A stretch of DNA of 44,658 nucleotides. Source: an uncultured Rikenella sp. (lineage in GTDB: Bacteria > Bacteroidota > Bacteroidia > Bacteroidales > VadinHA17). The position numbers and the translations under genes are program-made. Positions 10,001 to 18,817 of the stretch are shown here, one piece after another (the first letter of the stretch is position 1; the number at the start of each line of letters is the position of its first letter). A model generated the notes under the pieces. The model was not told where the DNA came from and made no database searches. It was given only the letters and a program-made list of their open reading frames with translations. The stretch is from NCBI GenBank assembly GCA_964418865.1, contig CAYQNT010000003.1, positions 18,641-63,298 of the forward strand, read 5' to 3'.

Positions 10001-13000
10001 AGTATATCTATTAGTTTAAGTGAAAATCAAAAGCTATACCTCAGGAATATTTCTCGGAAAACCTGGGCCTTTTTTGAAGATTTTGTCGGTGTTGAAGACA
10101 ACTGGCTCCCTCCGGATAATTTTCAGGAACACCCACATCCCATTGTTGCACACAGAACATCACCTACAAATATGGGTCTGTCATTAATGGCAAACCTTGC
10201 CGCGTATGACTTTGGATATATAAATGCCCCACATCTTGCTCAAAGAACTAAAGATTCATTCGATTCAATGGACAAGCTGGAAAGGTATAGGGGTCATTTT
10301 TATAACTGGTATGACACGCAGACACTTACTCCTTTACATCCGAAATACGTATCATCTGTTGATAGTGGCAACCTGGCAGGAAATATGATGATATTAAAAA
10401 CCGGACTACTTGAAATACCTGATCATAGAATATTTACCAAAAGGATATTTACCGGCATAAGCGATACACTGAGAATCTTAATCAGTTCTTTCAAAGAGGA
10501 TGTGCCCGATAGGATCATGCTTTTCGAAAAAAATATTGAATTGCTTATAAAGATGGAATCTTATACTTTGACAGTAATCAGACTGCATCTTGAGCAACTA
10601 ACGGATGCTGCCGAAGAAATTGAAAACATATTTACACCTGACCCTGAAGATCAATCGTTATGGTGGGCTAAAAAATTAAGCGAGCAATGTAAAAACGCTC
10701 TGGGGAACCTGCAGTTACTTACTCCATGGATCTCAACTCAGGGTGCTGAAGTATTCCTGACGGAGTTTCCATTTCTGGATGAGATCCCTACTTTCAGAGA
10801 ACTTGCAGAAATAGAGCAAAGGGTTAAAAATGACCTGAAACAGAAAAATAGTATAAACTCTTCATCTGATCTCTTTGATTCTTTCACTCTGGTTAAAGAT
10901 CTTATCTCCGGAGCAGGTGCTTTTGCCAGAGATTTCATATTAACAATTGATAATCTGGCAGTGCGGTCTGAAGAGTTTGCAGATATTGATTATGAGTTTC
11001 TTTATGACAAGGGCCGGCACTTGCAAAACATCGGATACAATGCTGACGAGCGTATCAAAGATTCAGGTTTCTATGATCTGCTGGCATCAGAAGCCCGGCT
11101 TAGCACGTTTATAGCCATTGCACAGGGGAAAGTTCCTCAGGAAAGCTGGTTCGCACTGAATCGCAGCTTTACCATCTCGGGGGGTGATCAGGTACTGCTC
11201 TCCTGGAGTGGATCAATGTTCGAATACCTGATGCCTCTGCTGATCATGCCTACATATCCAAATACACTTCTAGATCAGACTTACAAGTCAGTTGTAAAAC
11301 GACAGATTGAATATGGAAGACAAAGAGGTATCCCATGGGGAGTCTCCGAATCCGGATATAACCTGGTTGATCTCCATTTAAACTACCAGTACAAAGCCTT
11401 TGGAGTTCCCGGAATGGGGCTGAAGCAAGGACTCTCCGAAGACATTGTAATAGCTCCTTATGCTACCATGCTGGCACTAATGATATCTCCTGCAGAAGCA
11501 TACCGAAATCTTGAAAGATTGTCATCTGAAAAGATGGAAGGGAAATATGGTTTTTATGAAGCTATGGATCTTACGCCAGCAAGACTGATCAGAGGTCAGT
11601 CGGCAGCTTTAGTAAAATCATACATGGCGCATCACCAGGGAATGAGTCTGCTTTCTCTGGCTTACCTGCTACTTGATCAACCCATGCAGAAACGTTTTGA
11701 GGCTGATCCTCTATTCCAGGCAACCCTTTTGCTGCTACAGGAAAGAATACCAAAAACAACGGCCTATCATTCCTACGATTCAGAAGGCATTGAGTTCAGC
11801 CTTTCACAAGCCAAACCCGAAATGCCGGTCAGGGTAATAACCAGTCCGGATACACCCATACCTGAAGTGCATCTCTTATCAAACGGAAGATATAACGTAA
11901 TGGTTACAAATGCCGGAGGAGGCTATAGTTCATGGAATGACATGGCTGTTACACGATGGCGCGAAGATTCTACAAGTGATAACTGGGGTATTTTTTGTTA
12001 CATTAAAGACCAATCAACAGGTGAATACTGGTCAACATCACATCAGCCCACACTTAAAAAGCCTGAGAAATATGAAGCAATTTATTCAAAAGGCCGTGCT
12101 GAATTTCGCCGCAGGAATAATGATATTGATACACACACTGAAATAGTAGTCTCACCTGAAGATGATATTGAACTGAGAAGGGTCAGAATTACAAACCTCT
12201 CCAGATCGCGACGGAATATTGAAATAACAAGTTATGCTGAGGTTGTTCTTGCATCATTCCCGGCTGATGCACTTCATCCCGCTTTTAGCAATCTTTTTGT
12301 TCAGACTGAAATAATTGAACACAAACAAACTATACTCTGCAGCCGTAGACCACGATCTGTTGAAGAAAAGGTACCATGGATGTTTCATCTGATGACCATC
12401 CAGGGTGCAGAAACGAAAAAAGTCTCATATGAGACAGATAGATCAAAGTTTATAGGCCGGGGTAATAGTACTGCAGCACCTTTAGCATTGAGAGATTCCG
12501 GAAAACTCTCCGGAACTCAGGGACCTGTTCTCGACCCTATTGCGTCAATAAGATATGAGATAGTTCTGGAGCCGGAAGAATCTGCAGTAATAGATATGGT
12601 TTACGGTATTTCTAAAGACCGGGAGACTACCCTTAGCCTGGCAGATAAATACCAGGACTACAGGCTTACCGACCGGATTTTTGAGTTTTCATGGACATAC
12701 AGCCAGCTGATTCTTACACAGATCAATGCAACAGAGGCAGATGTACAGCTGTACGGACAGCTAGCCAGCTCACTTATTTACAACAATAGAGCGTTAAGGG
12801 CAGGTTCTGGTATTATTTTGGCGAACCGTCGCAGGCAGTCAGGATTATGGGGATATTCAATATCAGGTGATTATCCAATAGTTCTTCTACGTATTGAAGA
12901 TCCGGCCAATATTACTCTTGTCAGCCAGCTTGTACAAGCTCATGCTTACTGGCGACTGAAAGGCCTTAAGGTAGATCTGGTGATCTGGAATGAAGATCAT

Positions 13001-15694
13001 GCAGGATACAGGCAAGAACTTAATGATCAGATTATAGGGCTGATAGCTGCCGGGTTGGAGGCAAATATAATTGATAAACCCGGTGGCATTTTTGTTCGTA
13101 TTGCCGACCAGATCTCAAATGAAGATAAGATTCTGATCCAGGCAGTTGCACGGGTTATCATATCTGACAAACGTGGCTCTCTTGTTGATCAGATTAAACG
13201 CCGTGCTTTAACTGATATTCCGTTAGCAAAATTCAAACCATCACGTACATACAAATCAGAAGCTAACCTTGTTAAAGCATTGCCACGTCTCGACCTTATA
13301 TTTTTCAACGGTATTGGCGGGTTTACAAAAGATGGACGTGAGTATGTCATAACCACATCAGTTGAACAGAATACCCCGGCACCCTGGTCCAATGTATTGG
13401 CTAACAAACATTTTGGATCGGTAGTATCTGATAACGGAAATGGATATACCTGGGATGAAAATGCTCATGAAATGCGTCTGACTCCATGGAATAATGATCC
13501 GGTAAACGACACTGGCGGTGAAGCTTTTTATATACGTGATGAGGAGAATGGCCGTTTTTGGTCTCCTACTCCTTTCCCTGTCAGGGGAACAACTCCTTAT
13601 GTGAGCCGCCATGGCTTTGGCTATAGTGTATTTGAACATGTCGAAGATGGTATCAAATCTGAATTATGGATGTATGTAGCAGTAAGCGATCCAATAAAAT
13701 TTTTCGTTTTAAAATTGAAAAATGAATCGGGTAGAAAACGCCGGCTTTCTGTTACAGGCTATATAGAATGGGTATTGGGAGACCTGAGGCCTAAATCTGC
13801 TGTTCATGTTAATACTACAATTGATCCGGGAAGTGGTGCCATCTTTGCAAGAAACCCATACAATCCTGAGTTCGGTAACAGAACAGCCTTTTTTCAGACA
13901 GATGAAGCATATGGAAACCTGACATGCGACAGGACTGAGTTTATTGGCCGCAACAGATTATTGAACAACCCCGCCGCAATGCAACGGGCACGCCTTTCAG
14001 GTAAGTCAGGTGCTGGTTTCGATCAATGTGCGGCAATACAAGTCTCATTTGACCTGGCCGATGATCAGGAGCGGGAAATAATCTTCAGATTAGGTTCAGG
14101 CAAGGATTTAAATGCATCCCGCGACCTGATACGCCAGTTCTGGGGATTAAATTCTGCCAGGAATGCATTGGAAGAAGTTTGGAAACACTGGAAGCATTCC
14201 CTTGGAGCTATCCAGATAGAGACCCCTGACCAATCAGTTGATATTATGATCAATGGATGGGTTCTGTACCAGACCATAGCATGCAGAATATGGGCGCGGT
14301 CCGGATATTATCAATCAGGTGGAGCCTTTGGTTTTCGCGATCAATTGCAAGACATGATGGCAGTACTCCATGTCTCACCGCATCTTGTCCGCGAGCATCT
14401 ATTACTTTGTGCAAGCCGCCAGTTTAAAGAAGGAGATGTGCAACACTGGTGGCATCCACCCCTGGGGAGAGGAGTACGTACCCATTGTTCTGATGATTAC
14501 CTCTGGCTGCCTGCAGTTACCAGCAAATATGTTTTACAGACAGGAGACACAGGTGTGTTAGATGAGCAAATTACCTACCTTGAAGGTTATCCGGTAAACC
14601 CTGAGGAAGAATCGTATTATGACCTGCCAAATATATCTGAAGAAACAGAAACACTGTATCAGCATTGTGTAAGAGCTATATTAAATGGTCTTAGATTTGG
14701 CAAGCATGGTATTCCGCTAATGGGAACAGGCGACTGGAATGACGGGATGAACAGAGTAGGAAGCAAAGGCGAAGGTGAAAGTGTATGGCTGGGTTTCTTC
14801 CTGTACGATATTCTGATACAATTCAATAGAATTTCCAGTAAATATGGCGATCCGGATTTTGCCGAACGTTGCCAGGATGAAGCAGAAAAGCTGAAAGACA
14901 ACTTAGACACAAATTGCTGGGATGGTGAATGGTATCTGCGGGCATGGTTCGATGACGGAACTCCACTGGGTTCCTCTGAAAATACAGAATGTCAGATAGA
15001 TTCAATACCTCAGAGCTGGGCTGTCTTATCAGGTGCAGGTAATGCCAGAAAATCGCAAATGGCTATGGATTCTCTTGACACAAAGCTTGTTCGTCGGGAC
15101 AAGGCACTGATTCAGCTTCTTGATCCTCCTTTTGATAAATCAAATCTGAATCCCGGTTATATAAAAGGATACGTTCCGGGAGTAAGAGAAAATGGAGGGC
15201 AGTATACCCACGCAGCAATATGGGCAGCAATGGCGTTTGCCAAAATTGGTGACAGACAAAGAGCCTGGGAGCTGATGAATATTTTGAATCCTGTGAACAG
15301 AGCCGCAACGCCTGAAGGAACTGAACTATATAAAGTAGAGCCTTACGTTTTGGCAGCTGATATATATGGGGTAGACCCTCATACAGGACGAGGCGGATGG
15401 ACCTGGTATACAGGATCAGCAGGACTAATGTACAGGCTTGTTGTTGAATCCCTGTTAGGATTAAGGCTTGAGACTGACAGTCTCTATATTAATCCCTGCC
15501 TTCCTCCGGAATGGAATAGCATTAAAGTTCATTACAGATACAGGGATACAATGTATAACATCACAATATTGCAGTCAAAAGAAATCACGGATAAAATAAC
15601 TGTGGACGGAAGAGTTATTTCCGAAAAAGCTATTAAGCTCGTGAATGACTTTGCAGAACATATTGTAGAGGTAAAAATTAACATTAACACTTGA
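7001..15694 (+). CDS. cgs: Cyclic beta-1,2-glucan synthase homolog (ChvB/NdvB/Cgs type): N-terminal region, TM segments, GT84 glycosyltransferase, (alpha/alpha)6 middle domain, C-terminal GH94 phosphorylase-like domain
   Basis: Uninterrupted 2897-aa ORF. The GT motif is ITLDTDTQMP (DxD at 8909-8917) with RRHRWIRGDWQ at ~9341-9373. Hydrophobic TM stretches flank the GT region. GH94-type motifs are GTGDWNDGMN (~14729-14743) and VRENGGQYTHAAIWA (~15184-15220). Confidence 0.85.
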   Translation: MSESSARINKPLLRVKRGIFGSDNTKIETPLRSELLSADQMEEHGKSLANTHTLSSSLFRDQYLLTRLTENESVLIEVRNLISEVIRSNRQIYPAAEWLLDNYYLIQDHIHNAKKHLPKSYNKELPRLRYGPSKGLPRVYDIALEMIAHGDGHVDPDSLSRFVLAYQSVTPLKLGELWAIPIMLRLTLIENLRRVAVQVARRTIDRNLANFWADKMIAVTEKNPKDLILVTADMARSSPELTTAFAVEFVHRLKGQSPALTLPLTWIEQQLAESGLSIERLFNLGNQQLAADQISIRNSIDSLRFMGSMDWKEFVETMSVVEQTMHYDPDGVYGRMDFTTRDNYRHIIENLARRSIFSENEVAQKAISLAQAGYKNDKENTRAAHVGYYLVDKGLPKLEKAIKTRYSFIKHFKRLCAKTSLLIYIGSILIITGIIAVGLFINGNTISTGRWVSSIIALIIFISAIHPAIALINWLSTLIVKPAAFFPRMDFSHGIPPESRTLCVIPSMLISSEHIETLIEALEVRFLANRDANLHFGLLTDFLDADKEVLPEDEYLVNQAIMGIEDLNAKYPGNTFFLFHRPRLWNPGERVWMGFERKRGKLADLNSLLLTETKSNFSIIKGNTEILTNVKYVITLDTDTQMPRDSARQFIGTMAHPLNKAKYDEKKHRVKEGYGIIQPRVGTISGNTTSRYANLFGSEPGIDPYTRAISDIYQDIFSEGSFIGKGIYDVGIFNRVFDQRFPDNRILSHDLLEGCYARSGLISDVQLFEEYPINYFTDVKRRHRWIRGDWQIFNWVLPYVRNHSGKFHRNPLSVLSKWKILDNLRRSVTSLALLLLLVAGWTILSNPLFWTLAVIGLLVGPPLIISIFGFFNKPKDVLLRQHLEASAKSAGINLAQAAFMFVCLPFEAAFSLDAIIRASWRMFISHRKLLEWNPSIMDEHGRNKSISGAYKTMWFSPLISIILFISLAIWWPENLLLIWFVPLLWLFSPIIVWWINNEPLSISISLSENQKLYLRNISRKTWAFFEDFVGVEDNWLPPDNFQEHPHPIVAHRTSPTNMGLSLMANLAAYDFGYINAPHLAQRTKDSFDSMDKLERYRGHFYNWYDTQTLTPLHPKYVSSVDSGNLAGNMMILKTGLLEIPDHRIFTKRIFTGISDTLRILISSFKEDVPDRIMLFEKNIELLIKMESYTLTVIRLHLEQLTDAAEEIENIFTPDPEDQSLWWAKKLSEQCKNALGNLQLLTPWISTQGAEVFLTEFPFLDEIPTFRELAEIEQRVKNDLKQKNSINSSSDLFDSFTLVKDLISGAGAFARDFILTIDNLAVRSEEFADIDYEFLYDKGRHLQNIGYNADERIKDSGFYDLLASEARLSTFIAIAQGKVPQESWFALNRSFTISGGDQVLLSWSGSMFEYLMPLLIMPTYPNTLLDQTYKSVVKRQIEYGRQRGIPWGVSESGYNLVDLHLNYQYKAFGVPGMGLKQGLSEDIVIAPYATMLALMISPAEAYRNLERLSSEKMEGKYGFYEAMDLTPARLIRGQSAALVKSYMAHHQGMSLLSLAYLLLDQPMQKRFEADPLFQATLLLLQERIPKTTAYHSYDSEGIEFSLSQAKPEMPVRVITSPDTPIPEVHLLSNGRYNVMVTNAGGGYSSWNDMAVTRWREDSTSDNWGIFCYIKDQSTGEYWSTSHQPTLKKPEKYEAIYSKGRAEFRRRNNDIDTHTEIVVSPEDDIELRRVRITNLSRSRRNIEITSYAEVVLASFPADALHPAFSNLFVQTEIIEHKQTILCSRRPRSVEEKVPWMFHLMTIQGAETKKVSYETDRSKFIGRGNSTAAPLALRDSGKLSGTQGPVLDPIASIRYEIVLEPEESAVIDMVYGISKDRETTLSLADKYQDYRLTDRIFEFSWTYSQLILTQINATEADVQLYGQLASSLIYNNRALRAGSGIILANRRRQSGLWGYSISGDYPIVLLRIEDPANITLVSQLVQAHAYWRLKGLKVDLVIWNEDHAGYRQELNDQIIGLIAAGLEANIIDKPGGIFVRIADQISNEDKILIQAVARVIISDKRGSLVDQIKRRALTDIPLAKFKPSRTYKSEANLVKALPRLDLIFFNGIGGFTKDGREYVITTSVEQNTPAPWSNVLANKHFGSVVSDNGNGYTWDENAHEMRLTPWNNDPVNDTGGEAFYIRDEENGRFWSPTPFPVRGTTPYVSRHGFGYSVFEHVEDGIKSELWMYVAVSDPIKFFVLKLKNESGRKRRLSVTGYIEWVLGDLRPKSAVHVNTTIDPGSGAIFARNPYNPEFGNRTAFFQTDEAYGNLTCDRTEFIGRNRLLNNPAAMQRARLSGKSGAGFDQCAAIQVSFDLADDQEREIIFRLGSGKDLNASRDLIRQFWGLNSARNALEEVWKHWKHSLGAIQIETPDQSVDIMINGWVLYQTIACRIWARSGYYQSGGAFGFRDQLQDMMAVLHVSPHLVREHLLLCASRQFKEGDVQHWWHPPLGRGVRTHCSDDYLWLPAVTSKYVLQTGDTGVLDEQITYLEGYPVNPEEESYYDLPNISEETETLYQHCVRAILNGLRFGKHGIPLMGTGDWNDGMNRVGSKGEGESVWLGFFLYDILIQFNRISSKYGDPDFAERCQDEAEKLKDNLDTNCWDGEWYLRAWFDDGTPLGSSENTECQIDSIPQSWAVLSGAGNARKSQMAMDSLDTKLVRRDKALIQLLDPPFDKSNLNPGYIKGYVPGVRENGGQYTHAAIWAAMAFAKIGDRQRAWELMNILNPVNRAATPEGTELYKVEPYVLAADIYGVDPHTGRGGWTWYTGSAGLMYRLVVESLLGLRLETDSLYINPCLPPEWNSIKVHYRYRDTMYNITILQSKEITDKITVDGRVISEKAIKLVNDFAEHIVEVKININT

Positions 15695-15723
15695 AATCAG
15701 AGTACCTGTTAACCACCTGAATA

Positions 15724-16323
15724 ATGCCTATGATATACAAATCTGAAAGACAGAGCTGCAGTTTGCACGACCTCCTTATGATTATTGAAAGGATGACACC
15801 TGAGGAATATGTAAACGGTTTTAAAAACCTCTCAATAAACTACAATTTTTACGATAGCCCCTTCGGGCTTCTGATAATTGCATCCACATCAAAGGGTGTT
15901 TGCTATATGGCTTTTGAAGATGATGAGACCAATGCAATAACTAATTTGGAATCAAGGTTTCCCAATGCCGGTTTTCAACAAAAGTCCGACTTGTATCAGC
16001 AAAACGCAATGCCGGCATTCCAAAAGCATAGAAAAAACAGACCTGAGATTAAACTGCACCTAAAAGGCACTGACTTTCAGATAAAAGTGTGGGAGTGTTT
16101 GCTGGAAATTCCTATAGGTGAGTTATCCACTTATGGGAATATTGCAAAACAAATCGGTAATCCGGATGCATCAAGAGCTGTAGGAACAGCTATTGGAAGT
16201 AATCCCATTGCTTTTATTATTCCCTGCCATCGTGTAATTCAATCAAGTGGCAAGATTGGAGGCTACAGATGGGGCAGCCCAAGAAAGGCCGCAATCATTC
16301 GCTGGGAACGTGACAATCTATAA
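15724..16323 (+). CDS. ogt: Methylated-DNA--protein-cysteine methyltransferase
   Basis: Active-site IIPCHRV motif plus the upstream GELSTYGNIAKQIG...SRAVGTAIGSNP helix-turn-helix region. The exact start among the early Met codons is uncertain. Confidence 0.85.
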   Translation: MPMIYKSERQSCSLHDLLMIIERMTPEEYVNGFKNLSINYNFYDSPFGLLIIASTSKGVCYMAFEDDETNAITNLESRFPNAGFQQKSDLYQQNAMPAFQKHRKNRPEIKLHLKGTDFQIKVWECLLEIPIGELSTYGNIAKQIGNPDASRAVGTAIGSNPIAFIIPCHRVIQSSGKIGGYRWGSPRKAAIIRWERDNL

Positions 16324-16388
16324 TGATACACGAAACTAATACCGGGAGGCTTAGGTTGATCTTGCTTCAGGCGTAACCAAGTTTAAAA

Positions 16389-17843
16389 TTACAACAAAGG
16401 TGACAGCAAGCGTACCAACTTTTCCCAGAGATGAATGTACCAGGGCCTTTTTAACCAATCATCGGCGTTTATCTCAGACGATGGTTTCAAGTCGTGGTTG
16501 AACGCTTTCAGCAATTGTCCCGCTATTTCTTTACCATACAGCATCACGTTTACTTCAAAGTTCAGGTCAAAACTTCGGTAGTCCATATTCGCTGATCCCA
16601 CCACCGCCAGATTATCATCTATTATCATGGTCTTGGCATGCACAAATCCTTTTTCATAGGTAAAGATCCGCACTCCATGCTGTAAAAGCTCGGTATAGTA
16701 GGAACGGGCTGAGGCATTGACCATTTTTGAGTCGGAGATTCCGGGAACCAATAATGTTACTTCAACGTTACTTTTTGATGCGATGATAAGTGCATCCATC
16801 AGGCTTTCGCCAGGAATAAAATAAGGGCTCGTTATCAATATTCTTTCCCTGGCCGAAGCGATGGACTGCATCAGGGAATAGAAAATAACAGGTAATTTGG
16901 AGTCCGGACCGGAAGGGACAATCTGCACCAGCTCTCCTCCTATTTCTTTCTTCCCGGAAAATGACGGGAAATATTCCGGCCCGAATTCGAGTTTATTCTT
17001 GCTGCAAAAATTCCAATCGCAAAGAAAAAGGTATTGCAGATAGAAGGTGGCGAGCCCGTCAATCATCAAATGGGTATCTCTCCAATAAAGGCTATTTTCA
17101 GATTTTGTATCATTTCGATATCTATCACTGATATTGATACCCCCCACGAAGGATTTCCTTCCATCGATTACTATAATTTTACGGTGGTTCCGATAATTGA
17201 GACGACTGGCGAGGGCATACCATTTGATTTTATAGAAAGGAGCGGTCTCTATGCCTGCCTCTTCCAATCTTTTGACAAAAAGCTGGCCCAGGCCATGGCT
17301 GCCAAAATCATCGTACATAAAACGTACTTCTACTCCCTGTAGTGCTTTTTTAATCAGAATGTCGGCAATGGAATTCCCTGTCTCGTCATTCTCATAAATA
17401 TAGTATTCCAGATGGATATGCGATGTTGCGTCCTCCAGGGCATTCAAAAGCAGAGGAAACTTTTCTTCGCCATTCACAAGTAATTGTACCGAATTATTTC
17501 CCGTCAAAGGACTAGTAGCCGAGTTATGGATAAATCGGGCCAGATTGTGATGCTCCGGAGACAAAAGTCCCGAATGCAACATCTGTTCAGAATAATCATG
17601 AACATCTGTAATGATTTTTTGACGGAGTGCTTCATCCTCAACGATTTTTCTGCTGTACAATTTCCGTTTTCGATAATTTATGCCGAAGAAAAAATAAAAC
17701 AGCATACCCACCAACGGGACCATTATTATAAACAGGATATAGGCCAGTGCCTTGGCACCACTGCGAGTATCGTACAACACTCTTGATACAACCAGGAACA
17801 CTATGGCGAAATAGAATACTTCCAGGGTTACGAGCCAGTTCAT
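16389..17843 (-). CDS. cls: Cardiolipin synthase (two PLD/HKD domains)
   Basis: 484 aa with N-terminal TM helices. The HKD motifs are HRKIIVIDG...GGINIS and HAKTMIIDD...GSANMD. Confidence 0.9.
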   Translation of the reverse strand: MNWLVTLEVFYFAIVFLVVSRVLYDTRSGAKALAYILFIIMVPLVGMLFYFFFGINYRKRKLYSRKIVEDEALRQKIITDVHDYSEQMLHSGLLSPEHHNLARFIHNSATSPLTGNNSVQLLVNGEEKFPLLLNALEDATSHIHLEYYIYENDETGNSIADILIKKALQGVEVRFMYDDFGSHGLGQLFVKRLEEAGIETAPFYKIKWYALASRLNYRNHRKIIVIDGRKSFVGGINISDRYRNDTKSENSLYWRDTHLMIDGLATFYLQYLFLCDWNFCSKNKLEFGPEYFPSFSGKKEIGGELVQIVPSGPDSKLPVIFYSLMQSIASARERILITSPYFIPGESLMDALIIASKSNVEVTLLVPGISDSKMVNASARSYYTELLQHGVRIFTYEKGFVHAKTMIIDDNLAVVGSANMDYRSFDLNFEVNVMLYGKEIAGQLLKAFNHDLKPSSEINADDWLKRPWYIHLWEKLVRLLSPLL

Positions 17844-18258
17844 GCTTACGCTGAGATCTTTTTGTTGAAAAATTAAGTAAATAATTATTAAGTCCGTTAA
17901 TCCATAAACTTAAATTTAGTCATAATTTTCGAATGTTGTCTCATCTATTTTCCTGATAGGACCCTTGAACCAATGCAGAGGTTTAACAAACAAAAATAAG
18001 CCCCCCTCGGCGGGAAAAAACCCTTATCTTAGAGCGTGCTGCCTATTTCTGAATTAAACACTATTGTTTAGCCTAAACAATAGGGAGCGAAAACCTGTTC
18101 TATAGAAGAAAACAGACAAAACAAATAATATCAAACTCAAATCAAAAATATAGCAACGCAACATGAAACCCACATGATTGATAAAAATCATAAACACAAA
18201 TAAATATAAATTTCAATCATGTGCGGTTCCATCATACCTTTAAAATTTAAATTATATT

Positions 18259-18618
18259 ATGATGAATATTTTAATCGTTTTTAACCGGGAGCCATATGAT
18301 AATTCAGATGTAACATGGAATGGACTGAGACTTGCAGAGACACTGAGAAGCAAAGGAGAAGAGGTCAGAATCTTTTTAATGAATGACTCTGTAGATATGG
18401 CAAGAGATGCATGTAAGCCACCTCCGGGCTATGACCAGGATTTATCACAAATGCTCAAGGACTTAATAGCAAAAAATGTTGAAGTGAAAGTTTGTGGTAC
18501 TTGTATGGCTCGTTGCGGCATTTATAAAAATCATCCATACTTTGAAGGTGCTGAAAAATCTACAATGGCTAAGCTGGCTGAATGGGTAATAGATTGTGAT
18601 AAAGTCTTAACCTTTTGA
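18259..18618 (+). CDS. DsrE/DsrF-like family protein
   Basis: 119 aa with the pattern ILIVFNREPYDN...NGLRLA...VRIFLMNDSV...VKVCGTCMARCGI...LAEWV...DKVLTF, typical of small DsrE-family proteins. Confidence 0.7.
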   Translation: MMNILIVFNREPYDNSDVTWNGLRLAETLRSKGEEVRIFLMNDSVDMARDACKPPPGYDQDLSQMLKDLIAKNVEVKVCGTCMARCGIYKNHPYFEGAEKSTMAKLAEWVIDCDKVLTF

Positions 18619-18644
18619 TTAGCCGGCTCAGTCTATGCCAGTAT

Positions 18645-18721
18645 GTCAGTTACGGTTTTCATAAAAAGTAGCTCAGGTTGTTCCGTACTGTCAGTTAAGG
18701 TTTTCCATAAAAAGCGGCTCA
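18645..18721 (+). repeat. Two ~32-nt direct repeats (period 44 nt) in the spacer upstream of the Nramp gene
   Basis: gtcagttacggttttcataaaaagtagctca (18645-18675) versus gtcagttaaggttttccataaaaagcggctca (18690-18721). About 28 of 32 positions are shared. A further gctca lies at 18626-18630 (within ccggctcag). Confidence 0.8.
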
Positions 18722-18817
18722 CGCCCGACCAAATAAATCAGAAGCATACCAGAACAATTCAGATCATCACATTGTTAGACAAATCCAGATTAATGCTTTT
18801 GGCATTAAGACTTCAAA

